IMG/VR virus record: IMGVR_UViG_3300027896_000010
Coordinates: 129,438 to 193,437 of that record
Strand: one strand, 5' to 3'
Origin: a virus
Length of the DNA stretch: 64,000 nt
This document shows positions 1-8,031 of the stretch, piece by piece. Numbering within the stretch: the stretch's first letter is position 1; each line of letters opens with the position of its first letter. The position numbers and the translations under genes are program-made. The notes below the pieces were generated by a model, which worked only from the letters and a program-made list of their open reading frames with translations, made no database searches and was not told where the DNA came from.

Positions 1-132
1 GAAGGTTATTCCCATCACTCCATAGGGACGAGTGACACCAATCAATGCACAAGGAATACCGTGAGCGTCAAGACGCATGGTGGTCTCGTCTGCAAAGTCT
101 CCTTGAAGCAATAACCAATTTGCCATCTCCAT
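1..132 (-). CDS. hypothetical protein, partial (runs off window edge)
   Basis: RBS GAGGAGGAG then ATG at 132; frame reads MEMANWLLLQGDFADETTMRLDAHG... with no stop before position 1. Confidence 0.5.
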   Translation of the reverse strand, partial: MEMANWLLLQGDFADETTMRLDAHGIPCALIGVTRPYGVMGITF

Positions 133-180
133 CTCCTCCTCTCGTCTTCGTCCCTGCGAATGATTCTATCCTAACAGAGT

Positions 181-492
181 CTAAAAGCTGAAGTCGTAAT
201 AAGGTCTCCGAACCCCAATTGCCAAGCCAGTTCCCCTGAGGCTCTCGCCCACCTTAACCCATCTATCGTTCTTCCGTAAACTGAACTTGTAGATTGCACC
301 ATTCGAGTTACGCTCTGTTCTGTATTCCTGAGCCTCACTCATGCCGTTGTTGTCCACCCTCGTTACCTTGTCTGTCTGAACCGTGACCACCTTACCGCTC
401 TTGGAAATGTTTATGATAGTCGCGGCTACCCTGTCAGACCAGTAGTAAATGGTAGCTCCATCGCCAACTTGGATTTCCTGCTTGTTATCCAT
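181..492 (-). CDS. phage hypothetical protein
   Basis: ORF 181..519, start reassigned to ATG 492 behind RBS AAGGAGG and downstream of promoter P1. Confidence 0.75.
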   Translation of the reverse strand: MDNKQEIQVGDGATIYYWSDRVAATIINISKSGKVVTVQTDKVTRVDNNGMSEAQEYRTERNSNGAIYKFSLRKNDRWVKVGESLRGTGLAIGVRRPYYDFSF

Positions 493-527
493 ATGGCACC
501 TCCTTGTCCTCGTCCACACGCATATCC

Positions 528-556
528 ATTATAGCATAAAACTATAAACTCTGCAA
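528..556 (-). promoter_or_regulatory. sigma-A/sigma-70 promoter P1 with extended -10
   Basis: minus strand TTGCAG (556-551), 17-nt spacer, TGcTATAAT (-10 at 533-528). Confidence 0.8.
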
Positions 557-636
557 GAAACTGTGATTTCACAGGAAGGTGGGAAGAGTGAGAGTCTGGC
601 GGCTCGTAGGGGAGTTGAATCATCCAAGATGGAAAT

Positions 637-711
637 TGGCGAGGCTGATGGGACTTGAACCCACGACCTCTGGCGCGACAAGCCAGCGCTCTTCCACTGA
701 GCTACAGCCCC
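637..711 (-). tRNA. tRNA-Asp(GTC)
   Basis: Folds as a cloverleaf: acceptor GGGGCTG/CAGCCTC, D-arm GCTCAGTGGAAGAGC, anticodon arm CTGGC-TTGTCGC-GCCAG, T-loop GTTCAAGTC, discriminator G, encoded CCA. Confidence 0.92.
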
Positions 712-740
712 GCGAGTCAATACGTCAGATGACCCCTCCT

Positions 741-971
741 CTAGTTCAAACTGCTCTTCTGGTCTTCGGTCATCTCGAACCAATCTGGGCACCTCGTCAT
801 CATGAAAGCAGTACCAAATCGCTTACACAATCTAAAGAATAATTTTGCTTTCAAGCAATGCTCAATATCTCCACAGTTCAGACATAAACATTCTTTTTTG
901 CGGGTCGTCTCAGATTTGATATTAACCCAGACCTTTCTGTCATAATGGACTTCTCGTGCTGGCTTATCCAT
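741..971 (-). CDS. hypothetical protein, Cys-rich (possible Zn binding)
   Basis: ORF 741..1010; likely start MDKPAR at 971 overlapping the upstream stop; CLCLNCGDIEHC motif. Confidence 0.65.
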   Translation of the reverse strand: MDKPAREVHYDRKVWVNIKSETTRKKECLCLNCGDIEHCLKAKLFFRLCKRFGTAFMMTRCPDWFEMTEDQKSSLN

Positions 972-1305
972 CGTTTCTAATCCTTCCCTCATATTCCCAA
1001 CAAGGGTCATTTTCTTCTATTCGGTTCCATAGCTTTTTCTTGTAGCACTCAAATAGATAACCCAGCCTAGGATGTTCGCATAAGTATATGCATCCTAAAC
1101 ATTGATATATTTCCACTTTGGTTTGCCCATCATTTTCATCCTCTTCTCTTTCTTGAAGACATAGCCCTTGGGATAATCCAGCTAGTAGCCGTTGGCTTTC
1201 AGCACACCATACCAAATCCGTTCCACGCCAAGGTGGAGCAACGCATACTATCTGCCCAATACTATTAATCGCCCATCCAGTATTCCCCAGTTCATACGTT
1301 TCCAT
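964..1305 (-). CDS. hypothetical protein
   Basis: 113-aa ORF tightly packed between neighbours; CxxC motifs. Confidence 0.7.
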   Translation of the reverse strand: METYELGNTGWAINSIGQIVCVAPPWRGTDLVWCAESQRLLAGLSQGLCLQEREEDENDGQTKVEIYQCLGCIYLCEHPRLGYLFECYKKKLWNRIEENDPCWEYEGRIRNDG

Positions 1306-1306
1306 T

Positions 1307-1552
1307 TTAACCTCTCTTGTTTCTTATACAACGCTCTATTCCTTCATCACATCTAAGGATGTTTTTTCTTTCATTTTCTAAAGTATCTTGAAGCTTAACT
1401 GCCCATTCGATATTCTCTACATCTTCGCCCTCTTCATACAGGCCGTCAATAATATCTTGGCCTTGAATTATTGCAAGCATCGAGTCTGCTTTGGACTGAG
1501 TATAAAAATCCACTAACTCTTGGTCGATTGGGTCTAGTTCCTTATCTGGCAT
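1307..1552 (-). CDS. hypothetical acidic protein
   Basis: 81-aa ORF abutting both neighbours. Confidence 0.7.
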   Translation of the reverse strand: MPDKELDPIDQELVDFYTQSKADSMLAIIQGQDIIDGLYEEGEDVENIEWAVKLQDTLENERKNILRCDEGIERCIRNKRG

Positions 1553-1553
1553 C

Positions 1554-2141
1554 TTACCTCTTTGTTAGCTCGTCAATTCTTGCTTGCTTTCGCCGTTGCA
1601 GGTCATTGAAATTCAGAGGACGAGTCGCCATGACCTCCCTTATTTCATCTAGACTCCACGGTTTAAAATCGTGGCTGTCACAGCCAACATCCAACAGCTT
1701 GCCCTCACCCTTAGCGTATTCATTCATCCCGCCATGACTGTGTCCGTACAGGTGCCACGAACCATAGTGAGAAAGAGGCCATGTTTTATGTAAATAGTGA
1801 TTCATGAAAATGTGTTGGTCTACATTCATATCATTTTTGAAATGAATCATATAGGACTCTTTGATGTCCTCGAAAACACCACTGGGCCTCTGCTTGTCGT
1901 GTGACCCTATGCACAGGAACTTATGACCATTAAGCATAGCTCCAAGCTCTTTATTCTGCTTGCCATTCCCAAACGAGAAATCACCAAGATGATAAATGAT
2001 ATCATCCTCGCCAACGACTTCGTTCCAGTTCTCAATCAACTTGGCATTCATATCCTCCGTTTTATAGAAAGGGCGATGACAGAAGGCCACGATATTGGCA
2101 TGGAAAAAATGGTGGTCGGCAGAGAAGTATAGCATTAGCAC
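1554..2141 (-). CDS. calcineurin-like metallophosphoesterase
   Basis: Motifs ADHHFFH, HLGDF, GSHD (GNHD variant), NHY, LYGHSH, DVGCD. Confidence 0.9.
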   Translation of the reverse strand: MLMLYFSADHHFFHANIVAFCHRPFYKTEDMNAKLIENWNEVVGEDDIIYHLGDFSFGNGKQNKELGAMLNGHKFLCIGSHDKQRPSGVFEDIKESYMIHFKNDMNVDQHIFMNHYLHKTWPLSHYGSWHLYGHSHGGMNEYAKGEGKLLDVGCDSHDFKPWSLDEIREVMATRPLNFNDLQRRKQARIDELTKR

Positions 2142-2557
2142 TTCTTCTTTTCGAACTCTTTTACAAAATACTGGATGGCCTCTTTATCTGCAGAAGTGAA
2201 CCTAAATCTTAAGTCGCCAGTTTCAATTCGTTCCAGCAAATTCTGCAAAATGATTTTACTATTTTTCGCCCTCTCATGGTCAACGACCTTGGTCGGGTCG
2301 AACATGTCTTTTATTTCATTCGAGGCATATTCGTTGTGAAAAAATTCATCTTCAACAGACCTGCCATCGGCTATTCTACTTGCATGATAAAGCGCAAGCC
2401 GCTCAATTGGTGTCACCTTGCTTTTAAGGTCTCCCTTTTCCATTCTATGACTCAAATTACGATAGATAACAGAGTGCTTCTTAGGGGTAGGTTTGTTTGC
2501 GATTCCACCCTTCCCCTTAGGGCTACGCTTCAAAGGAAAAATGCGTTCTTCTTCCAT
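2135..2557 (-). CDS. hypothetical protein
   Basis: ORF 2135..2587; start MEEERIF at 2557 behind GGAGG RBS, overlapping the upstream stop. Confidence 0.65.
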   Translation of the reverse strand: MEEERIFPLKRSPKGKGGIANKPTPKKHSVIYRNLSHRMEKGDLKSKVTPIERLALYHASRIADGRSVEDEFFHNEYASNEIKDMFDPTKVVDHERAKNSKIILQNLLERIETGDLRFRFTSADKEAIQYFVKEFEKKKC

Positions 2558-2784
2558 TATTCCTCCTCTCCAAAGCAATGACTGCACAAGGTGCCGTCTT
2601 CTGGGAATATCATACTATGGTAATGATAACCGCACTTGCCATCAAGAATACGATTCCCACACGCCGTTGAAAAGTAATCCCCCTCAGCGGAGATTATCCT
2701 ATGGATTTTACGGCTTCTCCATCCCGGGACGAGAAAGTAACCTATCATAAACTTTTCCTTTAGCATTTCATTTGTTTCCCACAT
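2557..2784 (-). CDS. hypothetical protein, Cys/His-rich
   Basis: 75-aa ORF with AGGAG RBS; H...C...CxxC pattern. Confidence 0.65.
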   Translation of the reverse strand: MWETNEMLKEKFMIGYFLVPGWRSRKIHRIISAEGDYFSTACGNRILDGKCGYHYHSMIFPEDGTLCSHCFGEEE

Positions 2785-2790
2785 AGTCTC

Positions 2791-2994
2791 CTAGTCCCTT
2801 ACAAACTCACTTGGCGCTCCCCCTGTCTTCATGTCGCCACAAACAGTACAACGCCACTTGCTACCACCAGATGTGCTAATACAACCGTTATGGAGCCTTA
2901 CGCCTTTACCGTACTTCTCGTCCTGATATTTGGCTCCATCCTTATTCCCTGCTTGGTTCGAGACACAGCTACATTTTTTTAACGCTGTCGCCAT
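2791..2994 (-). CDS. small phage Zn-ribbon-like protein
   Basis: CSC...QDEKYGKGVRLHN...CTVC pattern. Confidence 0.7.
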   Translation of the reverse strand: MATALKKCSCVSNQAGNKDGAKYQDEKYGKGVRLHNGCISTSGGSKWRCTVCGDMKTGGAPSEFVRD

Positions 2995-2995
2995 C

Positions 2996-3196
2996 TTATT
3001 CTCCTTCCCCTAATGTTACAAATTCATAAATAGCTTCTTCTATCAATTCTGAAGATGTTTTCCCTGTTATCTCTGACATTTCCTGCAACATCCTTCTAGC
3101 TTCCTTATTGTATTTTATCTTCAATTCCCACATGCCATTCGCCAACTGTGTTTCCTTAAGAATCTTGAAGCTTGGCTCCTTGGGTTTTCGTTTCAT
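2996..3196 (-). CDS. putative ribbon-helix-helix DNA-binding protein
   Basis: Start MKRKPKE at 3196 with GGAGG RBS; C-terminal IKYNKEARRMLQEMSEITGKTSSELIEEAIYEFV fits the CopG/RHH pattern. Confidence 0.6.
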   Translation of the reverse strand: MKRKPKEPSFKILKETQLANGMWELKIKYNKEARRMLQEMSEITGKTSSELIEEAIYEFVTLGEGE

Positions 3197-3381
3197 GATG
3201 TTTCCTCCTCGTACAGCCTCAAACATTCTTCACAATCGGCTAGCTTTTCGATACGGTTTATTATCGATTTGTTATCTTGTTGACCACACAGAGAAGTCAA
3301 TCGCTTGCTCCCAAGCCGTGTAACATATCTTCCTAGATGAATCCTATCATCTTCTTCCATCTTGAAGCTTACATACGCCAT
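3193..3381 (-). CDS. hypothetical protein
   Basis: 62-aa ORF; ATGA overlap with the downstream gene; H...C...CxxC. Confidence 0.65.
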   Translation of the reverse strand: MAYVSFKMEEDDRIHLGRYVTRLGSKRLTSLCGQQDNKSIINRIEKLADCEECLRLYEEETS

Positions 3382-3383
3382 TA

Positions 3384-4010
3384 TTACATCTTCTCCACCA
3401 TATCAAAACTCTCGTTATCCCTTAGAACGTCTTCTGCCATCTTGTTCTTTAATTTTTTCCTAGTCCTCGTGAGAGCATTATCTACAGCTTTAGTGCTACA
3501 CCCCAGTCTCTTTGCACTCTCTTCATAGTTATCACCTAGAAGATGATTTACCAAAGCTCCCTGCTCTATTTCCGTAAGGTCATTTTCTGCGAAATTCTCT
3601 ATGCCCTCCATGGTGCCCATCATTTCACTGTACTCATAGGGTTCATCAGGAATCGTAGGTAGATGTTTATCATTGATATCCTGAAGAGCCGTAGAAAGAC
3701 TCAGAAGCTTGTGCTTGATTCTGGAGTGGGACTTGACGGCAGTAAGCACCTCAGCCCACACACAACGCCCCACAAAGCTCTTCAGCGTACCCCTATCAGG
3801 ATTATAAGTGTTTATGGCCTTCAAAATTCCTATCGAAGCTTCCTGTATCATATCATCAGTTTCGGCTCCAAGCAGAAAATAATGCTGAATACAGCTATAG
3901 GCAAGATACTTATAGCGCCTGATAAACTCTTTGACCGCTATCTCGTCCCTGCCCCTAGCCAAAAACAAAATCTCTTCATCGGTTTTTCTCTTGTAATCAA
4001 TATAACCCAT
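3384..4010 (-). CDS. sigH: RNA polymerase sigma factor, SigH (Spo0H)-like
   Basis: Region 2 YFLLGAETDDMIQEASIGILKAINTY and region 4 YEESAKRLGCSTKAVDNALTRTRKKL match the SigH family pattern (YFLIGAD.EDI.QEGMIGL.KAI / K.IDNALQR.KRKL). Confidence 0.85.
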   Translation of the reverse strand: MGYIDYKRKTDEEILFLARGRDEIAVKEFIRRYKYLAYSCIQHYFLLGAETDDMIQEASIGILKAINTYNPDRGTLKSFVGRCVWAEVLTAVKSHSRIKHKLLSLSTALQDINDKHLPTIPDEPYEYSEMMGTMEGIENFAENDLTEIEQGALVNHLLGDNYEESAKRLGCSTKAVDNALTRTRKKLKNKMAEDVLRDNESFDMVEKM

Positions 4011-4043
4011 GTGACATCGACCTCCTTATTGTCGTTCATCATC

Positions 4044-4120
4044 TGGCGGGGTCAACGAGATTCGAACTCGTGTTGGCAGATTGAAGGTCTGCTATCCTGA
4101 CCTGACTAGATGATGACCCC
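4044..4120 (-). tRNA. tRNA-Glu(TTC)
   Basis: Cloverleaf: acceptor GGGGTCA/TGACCCC, anticodon arm GCAGA-CCTTCAA-TCTGC, T-arm CACGAG-TTCGAAT-CTCGT, G73, encoded CCA. Confidence 0.9.
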
Positions 4121-4587
4121 TAGCCTCTCAGTTTGTTCTGCTTGCAATATATTTCGTACTTGGCGAAATCACGTTCCTCGGCCAGATGCTTACATATATG
4201 GTTGAGCTTTTTTACAATCAACCTGAGTTTCTCGTTCTCTTCATCAGATGATGCCATCTTAGCCAACTGTATAGTTATATTTTCTAGGTCTACAACATGG
4301 TCTTCATCAAGCCTGATTTTCAATGGGATTCTGGCATCATCATCATGTTTGCGTTCCCAGTGCCGTGGCTTGGTATCATTTGGCTTAGTCTCAAATAGCG
4401 TATCTGGCACAAGAGACTTCGTGCCTTTTGCTTTTGGAGGAGATGGTTTCTTTTCTGGGTTGTTCTGAGGGCACCCCTCAGCCGTCTTGGAACAACACAT
4501 CCTGCCATCAGGCGCTGGCAAGTCATACTTGGCCACTTCCCCACAACCAAATTCACATAGCATATACCCAGTAACGTCTCTAGCCAT
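4120..4587 (-). CDS. hypothetical protein with N-terminal Cys cluster (CEFGCG...CC...C)
   Basis: Start MARDVTG at 4587 behind GAGGAGG; the stop codon shares one base with the tRNA-Glu 5' end. Confidence 0.7.
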   Translation of the reverse strand: MARDVTGYMLCEFGCGEVAKYDLPAPDGRMCCSKTAEGCPQNNPEKKPSPPKAKGTKSLVPDTLFETKPNDTKPRHWERKHDDDARIPLKIRLDEDHVVDLENITIQLAKMASSDEENEKLRLIVKKLNHICKHLAEERDFAKYEIYCKQNKLRG

Positions 4588-4954
4588 TAGTTTCCTCCTC
4601 AGCCAGTTTGATTGCATACTCTTCTGGAGTCAGCAAATCGACCTGATACCCTTCCTTTTGGAGAGCCTCAATACCTGCGTCATCAAGGGGATATGTCTCA
4701 ATCCCTAAGAAGTCCAGTATAGCATAATGGACGTAGGCTTCCAAGTCCTCTTGGAACTCAGGGCAATCGCCATGTTTCTTGGCGACCTCGACCAGATTCG
4801 CACAGGCCATCTCCTGCATCGTCTTCGGCACGAATCTGAGCAGGATGCTCTTAGAGAGCTTCTCCTCACCCTCAGGCGCTGGACGCTCCTTGTAAGCCTT
4901 CAGGCTCACAGGCAAATACACCGTTGCCACGAACTCGTCTCTCTCAGTCGTCAT
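4580..4954 (-). CDS. hypothetical protein
   Basis: AGGAGG RBS before MTTERDE; overlaps the downstream start. Confidence 0.7.
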   Translation of the reverse strand: MTTERDEFVATVYLPVSLKAYKERPAPEGEEKLSKSILLRFVPKTMQEMACANLVEVAKKHGDCPEFQEDLEAYVHYAILDFLGIETYPLDDAGIEALQKEGYQVDLLTPEEYAIKLAEEETNG

Positions 4955-4966
4955 ATGCTCCACCTC

Positions 4967-5149
4967 CTAAAAATCTTCGCCTTGGTGGTATTCTAGGGTC
5001 AAGCCTTTCCACTCCATAATCCCTTGGGACGGAAAGACATCACACTCATACTCATCTGGCAGTACCATTACTGCACCTGATGGCATGAGAATTACCACCC
5101 TGTCCTCTGGTATCTCTTTTGGGATACGGATTTCTTTAGTCTCTAACAT
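4967..5149 (-). CDS. hypothetical protein
   Basis: ORF 4967..5269 trimmed to MLETKEI (5149) to remove a 107-nt overlap. Confidence 0.55.
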   Translation of the reverse strand: MLETKEIRIPKEIPEDRVVILMPSGAVMVLPDEYECDVFPSQGIMEWKGLTLEYHQGEDF

Positions 5150-5162
5150 ACGTACCACCCCC

Positions 5163-5699
5163 TCACAGGAAGAAAACTTCCAGCTTGGTATCCATATCTT
5201 GCTCACGCATCTCGTGCAGGAATTCCCAGTCAACATCTTCACCGTTATAACCCCAGCCCTCGCTTTCATGGTCTATCCCAGCAAGCTTCTCAAGCATCCT
5301 GTCATAAACCTTCAGGAAATCGCTGGAACGCTTCATATTATCCTTGGCGATGACGTTATTATGAAACTCTACGGCCTCACTGACGGCAGTAGCCATATCC
5401 AGATAAAACTCAGCATTCTTGGCGTTCTTGGTCTCCATGCCCTTTTCACGAAAATAATAGAACGCATCCAGCCCCTTACAGAATACATGACTCCAGTATC
5501 TAGCCTGTAAGACCAGATTCTTCCTGAACTCCAACAGTTCGGCCTTGGTAGCCTCTGAGAGGCGCTCAGAAGCGTTCTCAAAGGCAAACTCTTCCAGAGT
5601 GTCCTCTACTACTGGCTCTGGCTCTTCAGCCGCCATCATAGCGTAGAAACTTATAATATCACCCACGGCTATCATCCCTTTCCTTAATGGTCTTCCCAT
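5163..5699 (-). CDS. hypothetical protein
   Basis: 178-aa ORF in operon-like packing. Confidence 0.7.
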   Translation of the reverse strand: MGRPLRKGMIAVGDIISFYAMMAAEEPEPVVEDTLEEFAFENASERLSEATKAELLEFRKNLVLQARYWSHVFCKGLDAFYYFREKGMETKNAKNAEFYLDMATAVSEAVEFHNNVIAKDNMKRSSDFLKVYDRMLEKLAGIDHESEGWGYNGEDVDWEFLHEMREQDMDTKLEVFFL

Positions 5700-6019
5700 T
5701 CACCTTTTTGCCACGCATACATACCCTCTTTCATCCACTGATAACCCATCACAGTGACTGTATGCAAAATAGCTCCATCCCCGGGGGCATGGATAAACCT
5801 CTCTGCCCTTTCTGGCACTGTCACCAGCTTCAATTCAGGGCGCTCTGCAACAGCCTTGAGAGCCTCTGCATGAGGACAGGTATCCCTATGGGCTTCGCCA
5901 TTTAGGAGACTGCAACGCCAAGTGCCAAATCTCCCCCGAACACGGCAAGGGCATTGCTTAGGATATTCGCCGTAGTACTCGCCTTCATATGTTCCGAAAC
6001 CATCTTCACAGATACTCAT
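5684..6019 (-). CDS. hypothetical protein
   Basis: 111-aa ORF, ATGA-coupled to the regulator gene. Confidence 0.65.
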   Translation of the reverse strand: MSICEDGFGTYEGEYYGEYPKQCPCRVRGRFGTWRCSLLNGEAHRDTCPHAEALKAVAERPELKLVTVPERAERFIHAPGDGAILHTVTVMGYQWMKEGMYAWQKGEWEDH

Positions 6020-6702
6020 GACTTATCCTTGATGAACAGATAACCGATTCCCCTGATAGTGTCGATAAACTTCGGATGGTCAACGACTACGTCTCCCAGC
6101 TTTGTCCTGAAGCGTCCGATATAGGGGGCTACGTTCCCAGCACCCATCTCGGCATCTTCGCCCCACACTTGCTCTATCAACTGTTCACGAGAAAAGATGA
6201 TGTTGGGATTACTAGCCAGCACCCACAGAAGGTCGAACTCTTTCTTACCAAAGGGAATCTTCTTGCCATCCAGCACCACTTCTCGCTTTTCAGAGTCAAT
6301 GGTGAGGTTGCCATTGGTATGATAGTGAAGCACCGTAGGGCGAGGCGGTTCAGCGGTGGCATGCAAAGCAAGATTGATTTGGCTCAATAACCGTGGCATC
6401 TCGAAAGGCGTAGATAGGTAGTTCATTGACCCTCGGTCTATATCACCAGCCCTCCATGTATCCTTTGCCCCGAAAACGATAGCTGGGATATGCTCGGTCT
6501 TCATCAACATTTCTACCAGACCAGACCCAGTCATCGTGGTGTGAGCCACAACGCAGTCAGGCTCTTCATTCTTGCAGAGCTTGAGAGCGTCTTTGACCTT
6601 GGAAGCCGTCAGCATCTCAACGCCAGCCTTCTTCAGGTAAGGAGCCAGCAATTCTATGTTCATTTCGTCATCATCGACCATAAGAACTTTCAGTTCTGCC
6701 AT
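6016..6702 (-). CDS. OmpR/PhoB-family response regulator with degenerate receiver domain
   Basis: N-terminal receiver fold (VLMVDDD...) plus C-terminal winged helix (KKEFDLL...FSREQLIEQVWG...IDTIRGIGY); phosphoacceptor Asp, Thr and Lys are not conserved. Confidence 0.9.
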   Translation of the reverse strand: MAELKVLMVDDDEMNIELLAPYLKKAGVEMLTASKVKDALKLCKNEEPDCVVAHTTMTGSGLVEMLMKTEHIPAIVFGAKDTWRAGDIDRGSMNYLSTPFEMPRLLSQINLALHATAEPPRPTVLHYHTNGNLTIDSEKREVVLDGKKIPFGKKEFDLLWVLASNPNIIFSREQLIEQVWGEDAEMGAGNVAPYIGRFRTKLGDVVVDHPKFIDTIRGIGYLFIKDKS

Positions 6703-6703
6703 C

Positions 6704-6973
6704 CTAGTCCTCCTCTCGCCTGAGTGGCATCAGTCGCCACTTGCAACCATGCTTTTCTTCGGCAATGAACCTACTAGGGTCAAACGCCTTCGAACGGTGC
6801 CTATGACCATCGATAACAGGAACATAAGTCAGCCATCGAACCTTCACTTTGTTCCCGATAGTTTCGACATCACCATACGCCAAGCGACCATCGCTTCGAG
6901 TACAAACCTTATCTCCCACGGTCATGATTGCTTTGACCTCTCGGCCTATCTTCCTACGCTCATTATCTGTCAT
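6704..6973 (-). CDS. hypothetical protein (SH3/KOW-like pattern)
   Basis: VGDKVCT...GDVETIGNKVKVRW. Confidence 0.6.
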   Translation of the reverse strand: MTDNERRKIGREVKAIMTVGDKVCTRSDGRLAYGDVETIGNKVKVRWLTYVPVIDGHRHRSKAFDPSRFIAEEKHGCKWRLMPLRREED

Positions 6974-6981
6974 AAGACCCC

Positions 6982-7284
6982 CTACTGCTCGTGGTTGGCG
7001 ATACGAGCCAACTGACCAGCGTACTTCATCATAGCTTTTTTGCCAGCGCTGAACTGCTTCTCGCTAAGGCTCCGACCATTGAGTATCTGCTTTGCCAGCG
7101 AAGTCAAGAACTCGTCGTCGGCACCGCTAAGCCCCACACCGTTCTGATGCTGGGTATGCTCAGTCACCTGTTCGTCTGCAGTCTGGTAATTATAGATAGC
7201 GACAATGCCCCTGATGACTGCCACAGGGTCATTCTCCAGTAGCCCCCTAGCCATCTGCTTAGTCCATTTCTTCTCTTCTGCCAT
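6982..7284 (-). CDS. phage hypothetical protein
   Basis: Start MAEEKK at 7284 behind RBS; first gene after promoter P2; QTADEQ...NGVGLSGADDEFLTSLAKQ. Confidence 0.75.
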   Translation of the reverse strand: MAEEKKWTKQMARGLLENDPVAVIRGIVAIYNYQTADEQVTEHTQHQNGVGLSGADDEFLTSLAKQILNGRSLSEKQFSAGKKAMMKYAGQLARIANHEQ

Positions 7285-7321
7285 AGCTATCACCTCTTTC
7301 CTCATCCATAGTTCCTATGAT

Positions 7322-7350
7322 ATTATACCATAAAAACTGTGAATTCGCAA
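7322..7350 (-). promoter_or_regulatory. sigma-A/sigma-70 promoter P2 with extended -10
   Basis: minus strand TTGCGA (7350-7345), 17 nt, TGgTATAAT (-10 at 7327-7322). Confidence 0.8.
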
Positions 7351-7351
7351 A

Positions 7352-7720
7352 TCAAGAGGCTGACTTCAACAGCTTTTCGTGCAGAGACTCGATGGTTTCG
7401 CCTTCGGATGAAGATGATAGAGACAGCCCCTGCTCATCCATCAATCGGAACAGAATGCTGGGGTCTTCCGCAATATCCTCTGGCCTGATATCGGCAGGAA
7501 CCTTGACCTTAATAGCATCTACATACCTGCTCTTGAACAACTGTGCCATGATAAACTCGTTAAGACCCACGAGGTACTCGTTCTCTTCCTCTAATTCCTC
7601 GACCCTTGCCAGCAACCCCGGTATGAGTTGCTCTGGCTTCGCCCAGCCAACGTGAGTCGTGCTAGGCTCCTCTTCCTTCTTCCTGTTGTTGATGTCTCTG
7701 TATCCTATCACCGACACCAC
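7352..7720 (-). CDS. hypothetical protein with coiled-coil segment
   Basis: AAGGAGG RBS, GTG start; LLARVEELEEENEYL. Confidence 0.65.
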   Translation of the reverse strand: MVSVIGYRDINNRKKEEEPSTTHVGWAKPEQLIPGLLARVEELEEENEYLVGLNEFIMAQLFKSRYVDAIKVKVPADIRPEDIAEDPSILFRLMDEQGLSLSSSSEGETIESLHEKLLKSAS

Positions 7721-8031
7721 CTCCTTGTCCTAGTCCTTGGCGAAGGGCGACGAACCTACTCCACTATCCCTTATCTACTCACCATCTGCTTTCCCTTCGG
7801 CACACGCCTTGCATATACCCCTCGGCTCGTCATACCCCTTTCCCTATCAGATGCAGAACACTCGCCCCTACTGCTCTCCCCGACTCCCATTGTGCTGACT
7901 CCTTCGCCTCATTATGGCGCTATCCCTGCCAGCCAACCGCCTGTACACGGCTGTCGGTTCCAAGCTCCCTCTCTTATCTTTTGCCATGGGCTTTTGAATT
8001 TACCTCCCAACCTCAGGGCGGTGTCTGCAAT

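Noticed and set aside
561-574. CRP/CAP binding site
   Set aside because: TGTGA and TCACA are separated by 2 nt, not the required 6
7721-8031. Purine-skewed gap as ncRNA or pseudogene
   Set aside because: Only short ORFs (e.g. a 39-aa MAKDKRG...) and no convincing structure or homology; cannot support a call
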